IMG/VR virus record: IMGVR_UViG_2548876941_000012
Source of the DNA: a virus
Lineage: Duplodnaviria > Heunggongvirae > Uroviricota > Caudoviricetes
Strand: one strand, 5' to 3'
Length of the DNA: 32,850 nt
Made by a program: the position numbers and the translations under genes
Shown here: positions 16,050 to 24,353 of the stretch, piece after piece
Layout of the letters: each line of letters begins with the position of its first letter
Position numbering within the stretch: position 1 is the first letter of the stretch
The notes under the pieces: model-generated
Seen by the model: the letters and a program-made list of their open reading frames with translations, nothing else
Told to the model about the DNA's origin: nothing
Database searches by the model: none

Positions 16050-17202
16050 CGATGTTGACCTGGGTTATGCGTACACCCTGAAGCCGGAAGAAGCGATTAA
16101 GTATTTCGAAAGCAAGGGATACGTTATCGGCTTCCGCTGGCACGATGTGAAGGACATCGCCAACGCCCGGGCGTTCACGGTGGCGGGCGTGCTGAAACTG
16201 GATGTGCTGAAGGATATTCGTGATGGCCTGACGGCCGCACTGGCTGACGGCGGGACGTTCCGGGAGTTTGCTGCACAACTGGAACCACTGCTGGAATCAA
16301 AAGGCTGGCTGGGTAAAAAGCTGATTGTGGACGAGGACACTGGCGAACTGCACGGCAGGCAGCTGACGCCGCGCCGGTTGCGCACGATATTTGATACCAA
16401 TATTCAGTCGTCCTACAACGCCGGACGCTATCAGCAGCAGATGGCGAACGTGGCCGACCGGCCTTATTTTGAGCGCGTGGCGGTGATGGACCTTCACACC
16501 CGCCCGAAACACGCCGCCCTGAACGGTTTTACCGCCCGGGCGGATGACCCGGTCTGGGAGTATTTCTACGCGCCGGACGGATACGGATGCCGCTGCCGTA
16601 TCCGGGCGCGTTCGGCGTCTGATGTGGAGAAATATGGCCTGACGGTGCAGAGCAGCGAGGGGCGACTGGTTGAGGTTGAGCAGGAATATGGCCAGCCGGG
16701 CCAGACCATCAGAACAATGGGGCTGAAGATGCCGGATGGCTCCGTATACACCGCTGACCCGGGCTTCGGTTTTAACCCCGGCAAAGTGTCATGGCAGCCG
16801 GAACTGGAAAAATACGATTACCGCAGCGCTCGCCAGTATGTCACCGGCACCCTGACCGGGCCGGATTTTGCCCGGGGGCTGGCGAACGTCAGCGAACTGG
16901 ATGCGCGCCAGCGATATCCGCTGACCATCCGTTCACCGGAACAGGTCGCCGCCACGGGCGCTGCACGGCAGACGGTAAACCTTACGGCTGACGTTATGAA
17001 GCGCCTCAGTGCAACAGACACGCCCCCGACCGCCGCCGACTATGCGCTGATGCAGCAGACCATCGAACGGGCGGAGCATGTCACGCAGGACGGTAACGCG
17101 TGGCGGTATGCGTTACAGTCGGGAGACCGCTGGTCAGTGGCGACGGTGGAGGGTGACGTGCTGACAGACTGGGTTATGCAGGACACACCGGAGGCATCAT
17201 GA
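16036..17202 (+). CDS. head morphogenesis protein (Mu F-like)
   Basis: 388 aa; overlaps the portal stop; TNIQSSYNAGRYQQQ segment recalled as typical of Mu F / SPP1 gp7-family proteins. Confidence 0.8.
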   Translation: MPTADDVDLGYAYTLKPEEAIKYFESKGYVIGFRWHDVKDIANARAFTVAGVLKLDVLKDIRDGLTAALADGGTFREFAAQLEPLLESKGWLGKKLIVDEDTGELHGRQLTPRRLRTIFDTNIQSSYNAGRYQQQMANVADRPYFERVAVMDLHTRPKHAALNGFTARADDPVWEYFYAPDGYGCRCRIRARSASDVEKYGLTVQSSEGRLVEVEQEYGQPGQTIRTMGLKMPDGSVYTADPGFGFNPGKVSWQPELEKYDYRSARQYVTGTLTGPDFARGLANVSELDARQRYPLTIRSPEQVAATGAARQTVNLTADVMKRLSATDTPPTAADYALMQQTIERAEHVTQDGNAWRYALQSGDRWSVATVEGDVLTDWVMQDTPEAS

Positions 17203-17750
17203 GCAGCGGTGAACTGGATATTAAGATTGATTTAAGCGCGTATAACACCACGCTGGGTAAACTGATTCGTTCCGTGAAGGACCGGCGCGACCTGATGACG
17301 GCGCTTGCGGGTTCCATGCTGGATGCGGTTGAGACTAACTTTGAACAACAGGGTCGCCCGAAATGGATGGGCTGGAGTCCGGCTTATGCGAAGCGGCGCG
17401 GCCCCGGGCAAATCCTTCAGAAGTCCGGGCGACTGGCCGCCAGTATCCGCTCTGCGGTTAACAATAACGAGGCCACGGTCGGGACAAACGTCCGTTATGC
17501 CCGTATCCACAACGAAGGCGGCGAAATCCGCCATCAGGCACGGACGCAGAACCTGTATTTTAAACAGTACAAAAACGGCAGCGTCAGCACCCGCTTTGTG
17601 AAAAAGCGCAACAGTAATTTTGTGCAGAGCGCAACGGTCGGAGCGTATACGGTCAACATGCCCGCGCGCCCCTTCCTTCAGCTTGTGCAGGACGACATCG
17701 ACGAGCTGGAGAACACCGCAAACCGCTATTTTGCGCGTGTGATTGACTGA
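17199..17750 (+). CDS. virion morphogenesis protein (Mu G-like)
   Basis: 183 aa; ATGA overlap with F; position before the I protease/scaffold gene. Confidence 0.65.
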   Translation: MSSGELDIKIDLSAYNTTLGKLIRSVKDRRDLMTALAGSMLDAVETNFEQQGRPKWMGWSPAYAKRRGPGQILQKSGRLAASIRSAVNNNEATVGTNVRYARIHNEGGEIRHQARTQNLYFKQYKNGSVSTRFVKKRNSNFVQSATVGAYTVNMPARPFLQLVQDDIDELENTANRYFARVID

Positions 17751-17842
17751 ATGGCGACAAACGCGCTGTAATCGGCTGTGACAGCATAAACGCTTCATGG
17801 ATGAGGCATAACAGCACCGCATCCCATAAATGCCGTCAGAAT

Positions 17843-17867
17843 CGTTTTTAAAAGGGTTTTAAAAACG
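17843..17867. repeat. AT-rich perfect palindrome (CGTTTTTAAAA ggg TTTTAAAAACG)
   Basis: Read directly; lies in the roughly 200-nt non-coding gap between G-like and I-like genes; followed by a T-rich tract. Confidence 0.6.
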
Positions 17868-17902
17868 GTTTTATTTCCCCTTTTATCCTTTCCCGTTATG
17901 GC

Positions 17903-17930
17903 AGGGTGCTGAACACCCTCCACAGTACCC
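17903..17930 (+). promoter_or_regulatory. candidate late-promoter activator site, copy 2 (AGGGTGCTGAACACCCTCCACAGTACCC)
   Basis: Perfect dyad AGGGTG-ctgaa-CACCCT; shares GTGCTGAAC..CCC and CAGTACCC with the 9748 copy; just upstream of the I gene. Confidence 0.5.
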
Positions 17931-17950
17931 CGTGTTCCCCTTCCGTCATC

Positions 17951-19075
17951 ATGCCGCGTATGAAGATGAACATTGCGGCGTTAAGCCTCGAAATTACTAA
18001 AGCAACCCACAGCGAAATCCAGCTGTTTCCGGCAGGCGAGTTCAGTGCAGTGGATGGTCGCCCACATACCGATGAAGTCGAAAGCGGTAAATGGGTGCTG
18101 ACTGCCGAACTGGCCGCGCAGCTTGTCGCACAGGTGGCAGCCCGTACCACGCCTTTTGTCATTGATTACGAACATCAGACGCTGCGCGCCGTAAACAACG
18201 GCAAGCCCGCCCCGGCGGCGGGCTGGTTCAGCCAGGTGGAATGGCGTGAAGGCGCGGGCCTGTATGCCATCGGTGTGGAGTGGACGGAGAACGCGGCGGC
18301 CATGATTGCCGCCGGTGAGTACAAATTTATTTCCCCGGTATTTGGATACAACCGGCGCGGCGAAGTCATCGAACTGTTACACGCCGCACTGACCAATACC
18401 CCGGCGCTGGACGGTATGGACGCGGTCATGCTGGCTGCGGCCAGCCGTCTGGCGAGTCTGTCAACTGAAACGGAGACCACAACAGTGGATGAAGAACTGT
18501 TAAACGATTTGCTGTCCAGTCTGCGCTGGATGCTTAACCTCCCGGTTACCTCAACGGCGGAAGATATCAAAAACGAGCTGCAAAAGGTCGTTGACATGAT
18601 TTCGAACGGTCAGGGAACGGCGGCGGCATCCGTCAGCCTGCTGGCCCTGCTGAATCAGAAAGACGAGCAAATCGCCAGCCTGTCAGCCAGTGCCTATGAC
18701 CCGTCAAAACACATTTCCCTTGCTGCCTTCGAAGAACTCCAGGGGCGTTATGCCGCACTGGCGCAACAGTCCGGTGAGGCCGAAGCCGGGGCACTGATTC
18801 AGGCGGCGCTGTCTGACGGGCGACTGCTTCCGGCACAGGAAGGCTGGGCGAAAGATTACGCCAGCCGCGATATCAACGGCTTTAAGTCCTGGCTGGATAA
18901 CGCACCGAAACTTGTTGCGCTCAGTCAGACCCAGACCGGCGGCAAACCACCCAAAACGCCGTCGCCTGCCCCGGCGCAGATTAAAACCGGCGATGACGTC
19001 GATGTCGATATCGCCATTTGTTCAATGATGGGCGTCGATCCAGAGGATGTCGCCCGTTACGCAGGAGATGAGTAA
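17951..19075 (+). CDS. head protease/scaffold protein (Mu I-like)
   Basis: Track ORF 17906-19075 starts at a GTG inside the promoter motif; first ATG at 17951 (others at 17960 and 17966). About 374 aa; Ala-rich coiled-coil C-terminal half; position before the capsid gene. Confidence 0.75.
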   Translation: MPRMKMNIAALSLEITKATHSEIQLFPAGEFSAVDGRPHTDEVESGKWVLTAELAAQLVAQVAARTTPFVIDYEHQTLRAVNNGKPAPAAGWFSQVEWREGAGLYAIGVEWTENAAAMIAAGEYKFISPVFGYNRRGEVIELLHAALTNTPALDGMDAVMLAAASRLASLSTETETTTVDEELLNDLLSSLRWMLNLPVTSTAEDIKNELQKVVDMISNGQGTAAASVSLLALLNQKDEQIASLSASAYDPSKHISLAAFEELQGRYAALAQQSGEAEAGALIQAALSDGRLLPAQEGWAKDYASRDINGFKSWLDNAPKLVALSQTQTGGKPPKTPSPAPAQIKTGDDVDVDIAICSMMGVDPEDVARYAGDE

Positions 19076-19471
19076 ATGGATCGCAATACCCCCTATCGTG
19101 ACGGCGAACTGAACCCGGTGCCGGTTGCCGCTGCGACCGAAATTTTTGGTGGTCATATGGTGGCCGTTAACGCATCCGGTTATGCCGTTCCGGCCAGTGC
19201 CACGGCCTCACAGATTACGCTGGGCGTGTCTGATGGCTGGGTGGATAACAGCAAGGGCAGCGATGGCGACGCCACCGTTCTGGTGCGTTGCGGCAAAGAT
19301 TTTCTGATGGTGAACAGCACCTCAGACCCTGTCACACAATCGCAGGTCGGCAAGCTGTGCTACGTGGAAGACAGCGTGACCGTGGCAAAAACCGACAACA
19401 GCAGCGCCCGTCCTGTCGCAGGGAAAGTGATCGGCATCTGTGGCGATGGCGTCTGGGTTCATTTCAGTTAA
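19076..19471 (+). CDS. putative head structural/decoration protein
   Basis: 131-aa Gly/Val/Ser-rich ORF starting at the stop of the I gene (TAAATG); between scaffold and major capsid genes. Function inferred from position only. Confidence 0.45.
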   Translation: MDRNTPYRDGELNPVPVAAATEIFGGHMVAVNASGYAVPASATASQITLGVSDGWVDNSKGSDGDATVLVRCGKDFLMVNSTSDPVTQSQVGKLCYVEDSVTVAKTDNSSARPVAGKVIGICGDGVWVHFS

Positions 19472-19481
19472 GGAGCAAAAC

Positions 19482-20390
19482 GTGTTAGTCAACGTTAAAA
19501 ACGTCAAACAGATTTTTATCAATCTGAAGGTCACCTTCCAGAAAGCCTTTGACCAGTCACCAACTGACTGGCAGAAGGTGGCAATGGAAGTGCCATCAAA
19601 CGGCAAGGAAAACGACTACAGCTGGTTAAGTCGTTTCCCGAAAATGCGCGAGTGGATTGGTGACAAGGTCGTTAAATCACTGGCGGCATTTAACTACACC
19701 ATCCGTAACAAGGACTGGGAAGCCACGGTTGAAGTCGATCGTAACGACATCGAGGACGACCAGATTATGGGCTATGCCCTTCAGGCAAAAGGAGCCGGAC
19801 AGTCGGCGGCAGAACTCCCGGCAGATATTGTGGCGTCCCTTATCAGTAACGGTTTTACCAATCCCTGTTACGACGGCCAGCCGTTCTTTGATACCGACCA
19901 CCTGGTCGCCGGTAAATCGGTGTCCAACAAAGGCACCAAAAAACTCAAAGTTGGCTCGCTTGCCGAAGCGAAAGCCTCCTACGGTGCCGCCAGAACTGCC
20001 ATGCGTAGTCTGAAAGATGACGAAGGCGCATCCCTCAAAATTCGCCCGAATCTGCTGGTTGTGCCACCGGCGCTGGAGGATGACGCGAACTACCTGATGA
20101 CCGCCGAGAAGTTCCCGGACGGTACGCCGAACCCGTACCGCAATACCGCCGAAGTGCTGGTGATGCCGGAGCTGGCGTCGGATTCTGCGTGGTTCCTGTT
20201 TGACACCACCAAACCGGTGAAACCGCTGATTTATCAGTTGCGTAAAAAGCCGGTTTTTGTGGAGCAGACGGACTATAACAGCGACAACGTGTTCAAACGT
20301 AAGAAGTTCCTGTTTGGTGCTGAAGCGCGCTGTAACGGCGGTTACGGCTTCTGGCAGATGGCATTTGGTTCTGATGGTACGACGGAGTAA
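19482..20390 (+). CDS. major capsid protein (Mu T-like)
   Basis: Track ORF 19440-20390; GTG at 19482 with SD AAGGAG upstream, about 302 aa; position after protease/scaffold. Confidence 0.8.
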   Translation: MLVNVKNVKQIFINLKVTFQKAFDQSPTDWQKVAMEVPSNGKENDYSWLSRFPKMREWIGDKVVKSLAAFNYTIRNKDWEATVEVDRNDIEDDQIMGYALQAKGAGQSAAELPADIVASLISNGFTNPCYDGQPFFDTDHLVAGKSVSNKGTKKLKVGSLAEAKASYGAARTAMRSLKDDEGASLKIRPNLLVVPPALEDDANYLMTAEKFPDGTPNPYRNTAEVLVMPELASDSAWFLFDTTKPVKPLIYQLRKKPVFVEQTDYNSDNVFKRKKFLFGAEARCNGGYGFWQMAFGSDGTTE

Positions 20391-20393
20391 TGC

Positions 20394-20726
20394 ATGGAAA
20401 AGGTGATTGAAATTACCGCCCGCCGTGAGGGTTTTCGCCGCTGCGGTGTGGCACACAGTGCAACCACGAAGGCATGGCCGGTGGATGCGTTCACCCCGGA
20501 ACAGCTGGCGGTGCTGAAGGCTGACCCCATGCTGATTGTGGTGGAGCGCGATAAAGCGTCCGGTCAGAACGACGCGGCCCGGGGTGATGAACTGGCCGCA
20601 CAGCTGGATGCCGAGCGTCAGAAAGTCAGCGAACTGACGGCGCAGCTGGAAGAAGAACGCCGGAAGGTCCAGGACCTGACTGCGGAGCTTAAAGCGGCGA
20701 AGAAAACGGACAAGAAGGAGAAGTAA
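20394..20726 (+). CDS. hypothetical head-associated protein with Lys-rich coiled-coil tail
   Basis: 110 aa; C-terminus AAQLDAERQKVSELTAQLEEERRKVQDLTAELKAAKKTDKKEK. Confidence 0.5.
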   Translation: MEKVIEITARREGFRRCGVAHSATTKAWPVDAFTPEQLAVLKADPMLIVVERDKASGQNDAARGDELAAQLDAERQKVSELTAQLEEERRKVQDLTAELKAAKKTDKKEK

Positions 20727-20729
20727 CCC

Positions 20730-21161
20730 ATGTCTTACGCCACACCGGAACAGTTCATCAGGGCGTTCAGTGAACGCGAGGCGTGCACACTGACGGATGA
20801 AGAGATGACCGGGCTTATCAACGAGGAAAAGCTGGCCTCCGCGCTTGCGCGTGCCAGTGCCCAGATTGATGGCTATCTGGTGGGGCGTTACCGGACCCCG
20901 TGGCCTGACAGCCCGGGGATTCTGGTGGGTTACTGCTGCGATATCGCCCGTTATCACCTGGCGACCGATTACCGTATCTGCTCAGAAGAAATTCAGATGC
21001 GCTACCGGGACGCCATCCGCTTTCTGGAGAAAGTCGCGGCAGGACAAATCAACCTCGGGCGGGATACGTCCGGCAGCGTGATCCAGTCATCGTCACAGGT
21101 GCGTATCCGCTCCGGCTCCCGTCAGTTCGGGCGTGAGTCCACGCGGGGAGGTGCATTCTGA
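20730..21161 (+). CDS. DUF1320-like protein (Mu gp36 family)
   Basis: 143 aa; N-terminus MSYATPEQFIRAFSERE and IDGYLVGRYRTPW recalled as DUF1320 features. Confidence 0.65.
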   Translation: MSYATPEQFIRAFSEREACTLTDEEMTGLINEEKLASALARASAQIDGYLVGRYRTPWPDSPGILVGYCCDIARYHLATDYRICSEEIQMRYRDAIRFLEKVAAGQINLGRDTSGSVIQSSSQVRIRSGSRQFGRESTRGGAF

Positions 21162-21796
21162 TTACTGAAATTGAACGAGCGCTGGTTGAACGTCTGCGTT
21201 GTGGTCTGGGGAAAATGGTGCGGGAAGTCCGCACCTATGCCGGTGAACTGGATGAAGACCCGGGCCGGATTGTTCGCAGCCTTCCGGCAGCCTGGGTGAC
21301 GTTCGGCGGCATCGCGAAAACCGAACGCTATTCCACGTCACGCCAGAAATACATTGCCACCGGACGCTTTGTGGTTGTGGTGGGTGATTACAACACCCGC
21401 AGCGAACAGAGCGCCAGACAGGGAGGCACCGTCCGGGATGAAGTCGGGACAAACCAGCTGGTTGAATCCGTCCGTCGCCTGCTGACCGGTCAGGATTTGG
21501 GGCTGGAGATTGATTATTTCGAACCCGGGCGCGTCAGGACGCTGTTTAACACCGGCGTGGCAGAGCGGGCAATGTCCGTGTTTGCCTGTGAGTTTGATAC
21601 CCGCTGGGTGGAGCACGCGCTGGAGAACGGCAAATGGCCGGAGCGCGGTGCAGAAGCGGATATGGTTTTCAACCGTTACCACGGCCGTCTGTCAGACCCC
21701 GACCCGGATTTACTGCGAATTGGTACGCAATACGGCGCAGATATCTGTGGTCTGGATGAATTAAGAGAGCAACAGCATGAACAAAATGAAGGTTAA
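21161..21796 (+). CDS. DUF1834-like protein (Mu gp37 family), probable non-AUG start
   Basis: Track ORF starts at ATG 21215, but the in-frame upstream sequence ITEIERALVERLRCGLGK is open back to the previous stop and follows SD GGAGGTG; candidate starts are ATT at 21161 or CTG at 21158. Confidence 0.55.
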   Translation: MTEIERALVERLRCGLGKMVREVRTYAGELDEDPGRIVRSLPAAWVTFGGIAKTERYSTSRQKYIATGRFVVVVGDYNTRSEQSARQGGTVRDEVGTNQLVESVRRLLTGQDLGLEIDYFEPGRVRTLFNTGVAERAMSVFACEFDTRWVEHALENGKWPERGAEADMVFNRYHGRLSDPDPDLLRIGTQYGADICGLDELREQQHEQNEG

Positions 21797-22010
21797 GGCG
21801 GCTCCCGGGATGAAGTTCCCGATGGAGGATAACGCCCGGAAATACATCACCACGGAAGCGGTGATCGTTGAAAACACCGCTTATTACCGGCGCGCTGTTC
21901 AGGATGGTGACCTGATTCTGGTGGCTGAAGAGCCTGAAACGGCAGAACAGGACACCGGACCAGAAAAAGCGAAGGTGAAGAAAGAGAAACAGGTGGGCTC
22001 CGATGAGTGA
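21777..22010 (+). CDS. hypothetical protein
   Basis: 77-aa ORF overlapping both neighbours; acidic/Lys-rich C-terminus. Confidence 0.5.
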   Translation: MNKMKVKAAPGMKFPMEDNARKYITTEAVIVENTAYYRRAVQDGDLILVAEEPETAEQDTGPEKAKVKKEKQVGSDE

Positions 22011-23424
22011 AATTCAGTTTGACACCATTTCGGGCAGTATCCGTAAGCCCGGTGTGCATTTTGAGTTTAATACCCGGCTGGCCGTTAACACGTTGCCGGG
22101 TAACGAACAGCGTGTTCTGGTGATTGGCCCGATGCTGTCAGGCGGCACCGCCACGCCCCTGAATGCGGTTTCCGTGTATTCCGAAGACGAAGCGGATTTG
22201 TATTTCGGGGCCGGTTCACTGGCCGCAGCAATGGCGCGCGCGGCCATTAACGCCAACAGCTATCTGCAACTGGATGTTATCGGTATTGCAGACGGTGGTG
22301 CAGGAAAAGCGGCAACAGGCGCAGTTAAAGTCACCGGCACTGCAACCAGCAGCGGTACGCTGTCGGTATGGATTGCTGGCGAGCAGATCGCCATTAATGT
22401 GGACGTCGGGGATGAACCGTCGAAAATCATTCCGGCACTGGTGACGGCAATGACGCAGACGCCATCGCTTCTGGTCACGGGGGAATACAAACCTGACACC
22501 TCTCAACTGACAGTGACCGCCCGGACCAAAGGTACCTGGGGGAATGATATCACCCTGTCGGTATCCACCACTGCAACCGGCCTTGTAGTGGCTACCACGC
22601 CGATGGCGAGCGGCGAAATGGACCCGGATATTCAGCCCGCACTGGATGCGGTCTTTGCTGCCGGTCACAACATTCTGATTTGTCCGTTCAGTACCACACC
22701 AGCCCTTGCCGCCCTGAAGCAGCACCTGGAGAAAACCGGGAACGCGATGGAACAGCGTGGCGCGATTGGTTGTGCGGGCTGGACAGGTAGTCTGGGAAAC
22801 GGGATCACCCTTGCAGCCGGTGTGAACAGCGGGCGCGTGTCTGTCCCCTGGTATCGTGGTTCTGTGATGCTTCCTGCCGTGCTGGCCGCCATCTACGGCG
22901 CAGTAATGGCGAGCGAAGAAGACCCGGCACGCCCGCTGAACTCGCTGGCGCTGTCCGGGCTGGATGTGGTCGCCATGTCACAGCGCGAAAGCCGTAACGA
23001 GCAGGAAAGCGCCCTGCATAACGGCCTGACACCGGTTGAGGTTGGACCGGGTAATACGGTGCAGATTGTGCGTGCGGTCAGTACCTACACAGTGAACGCT
23101 CAGGGTGTGGCTGATGTCTCGTTACTGGATATCACGTCCATCAGAACGCTGGACTACACCCGCAAGGCGTGCCGCGAACGTATCAGTCTTCGCTTCCCGC
23201 GTGAAAAACTCAGCACCCGAACCATCGCAAAAGTGGAAAGCGAACTGTATGACGTGCTGCTCAAGCTGGAGGAGTCTGAAATTCTGGAGAATGTGGAAGC
23301 GAATAAGGCAAAACTGCGCGTTCAGCGAAACGGGAAAGATGCAAATCGCCTGGACTGCGCGATCCCTGCCGACGTGGTTAACGGCCTGCATGTGTTTGCC
23401 GGTCGCATCGACATGATTTTGTAA
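22003..23424 (+). CDS. tail sheath protein (Mu L-like)
   Basis: 473 aa; immediately followed by a 124-aa tube-like gene. Confidence 0.8.
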   Translation: MSEIQFDTISGSIRKPGVHFEFNTRLAVNTLPGNEQRVLVIGPMLSGGTATPLNAVSVYSEDEADLYFGAGSLAAAMARAAINANSYLQLDVIGIADGGAGKAATGAVKVTGTATSSGTLSVWIAGEQIAINVDVGDEPSKIIPALVTAMTQTPSLLVTGEYKPDTSQLTVTARTKGTWGNDITLSVSTTATGLVVATTPMASGEMDPDIQPALDAVFAAGHNILICPFSTTPALAALKQHLEKTGNAMEQRGAIGCAGWTGSLGNGITLAAGVNSGRVSVPWYRGSVMLPAVLAAIYGAVMASEEDPARPLNSLALSGLDVVAMSQRESRNEQESALHNGLTPVEVGPGNTVQIVRAVSTYTVNAQGVADVSLLDITSIRTLDYTRKACRERISLRFPREKLSTRTIAKVESELYDVLLKLEESEILENVEANKAKLRVQRNGKDANRLDCAIPADVVNGLHVFAGRIDMIL

Positions 23425-23436
23425 GGAGCCTGATAA

Positions 23437-23811
23437 ATGTCCCTGAAAGAATATATCGGCTCGATTGTGTTGGAAATTGACAGCCAGGAAATCGAGATCA
23501 CCGACCTTGATGTTCAGATCAACACCGGGCGAAAGCTGGTCAAGACCATGAACAAAACCGGCAGGGCTAAAGGCTTTGCCCGTGGCATTGCCACCTACGA
23601 ACTGTCCGTTTCGGCGGTTATTCCTGATACCAACGAGCCGGACTGGGAAAATCTGGAAGGTGTGAAAATCTCGCTGTACCCGCTCAGTAACAGCGGTAAA
23701 CGCACCTCTTATCTGGACTGCTTCACAACCGAAGTGGGTGAGAAATACACCGTCGATAATGAAGCGAAAATTGATATCAAAATGGCTGCACTCAGGAAGG
23801 TGGAAGGATGA
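23437..23811 (+). CDS. tail tube protein (Mu M-like)
   Basis: 124 aa; SD AAGGAG upstream; position after the sheath gene. Confidence 0.75.
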   Translation: MSLKEYIGSIVLEIDSQEIEITDLDVQINTGRKLVKTMNKTGRAKGFARGIATYELSVSAVIPDTNEPDWENLEGVKISLYPLSNSGKRTSYLDCFTTEVGEKYTVDNEAKIDIKMAALRKVEG

Positions 23812-24191
23812 CGATTATCGCTACACAGACCGGCGAACTGTCCGATGGTCTGGTTTTTAACGGCACCATTCATAAAAACTTTGAGCTGCGTCTGCCGGTC
23901 ATGCGTGATAACGGGCAGGCACTGGAAGAAACTGAAGAACGCTTTCAGACAGTGGACGGCTTCGCGGCGGATTATTACTACCGCTGTGCGGTGATGGCGG
24001 CAACGCTGGTCCGTCTGGGGGATATTCCGCAGGAAGAACTGACGGCGGAGCTGTTGCACGACAACATGACGCCGGAAGATTTTAATATTCTGCTGGCATC
24101 ACGCAACGTCCTGAAGGTAAAGCGGAACGGCGGGAATCCCGGCTCGCCGGACTCCGGCTCGCAGTCCTTATCCTCGGGCGCTACGGAATAA
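23808..24191 (+). CDS. tail assembly chaperone
   Basis: 127 aa, acidic; lies between tube and tape measure genes. An alternative frame stays open from 24086 to 24364, suggesting a frameshift extension. Confidence 0.6.
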   Translation: MTIIATQTGELSDGLVFNGTIHKNFELRLPVMRDNGQALEETEERFQTVDGFAADYYYRCAVMAATLVRLGDIPQEELTAELLHDNMTPEDFNILLASRNVLKVKRNGGNPGSPDSGSQSLSSGATE

Positions 24192-24353
24192 CCGAAGAAC
24201 AAATCATGACCATGAGCCGTCCCGAGCTGGACGGCTGGCTTGCCGCCGTTGACAGGCTGAACGGCGGCGGCTCAGGAAGAAAGGACACCTCACAGACCAC
24301 CCGCCAGTCATTTAAATCCCTCAGAAAGAAACGCAGAAAAGGTAAACAGAAAA

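Noticed and set aside
19677-20957. 426-aa minus-strand ORF antisense to the major capsid and downstream head genes
   Set aside because: Arg/His/Gly-rich, low-complexity translation with no SD-like start context, antisense to well-supported colinear head genes. Typical spurious open frame on the complement of GC-rich coding sequence. The same reasoning applies to the other long minus-strand ORFs in the late region (for example 12197-12832, 17232-17822, 24321-24887, 25796-26296, 28446-29117).
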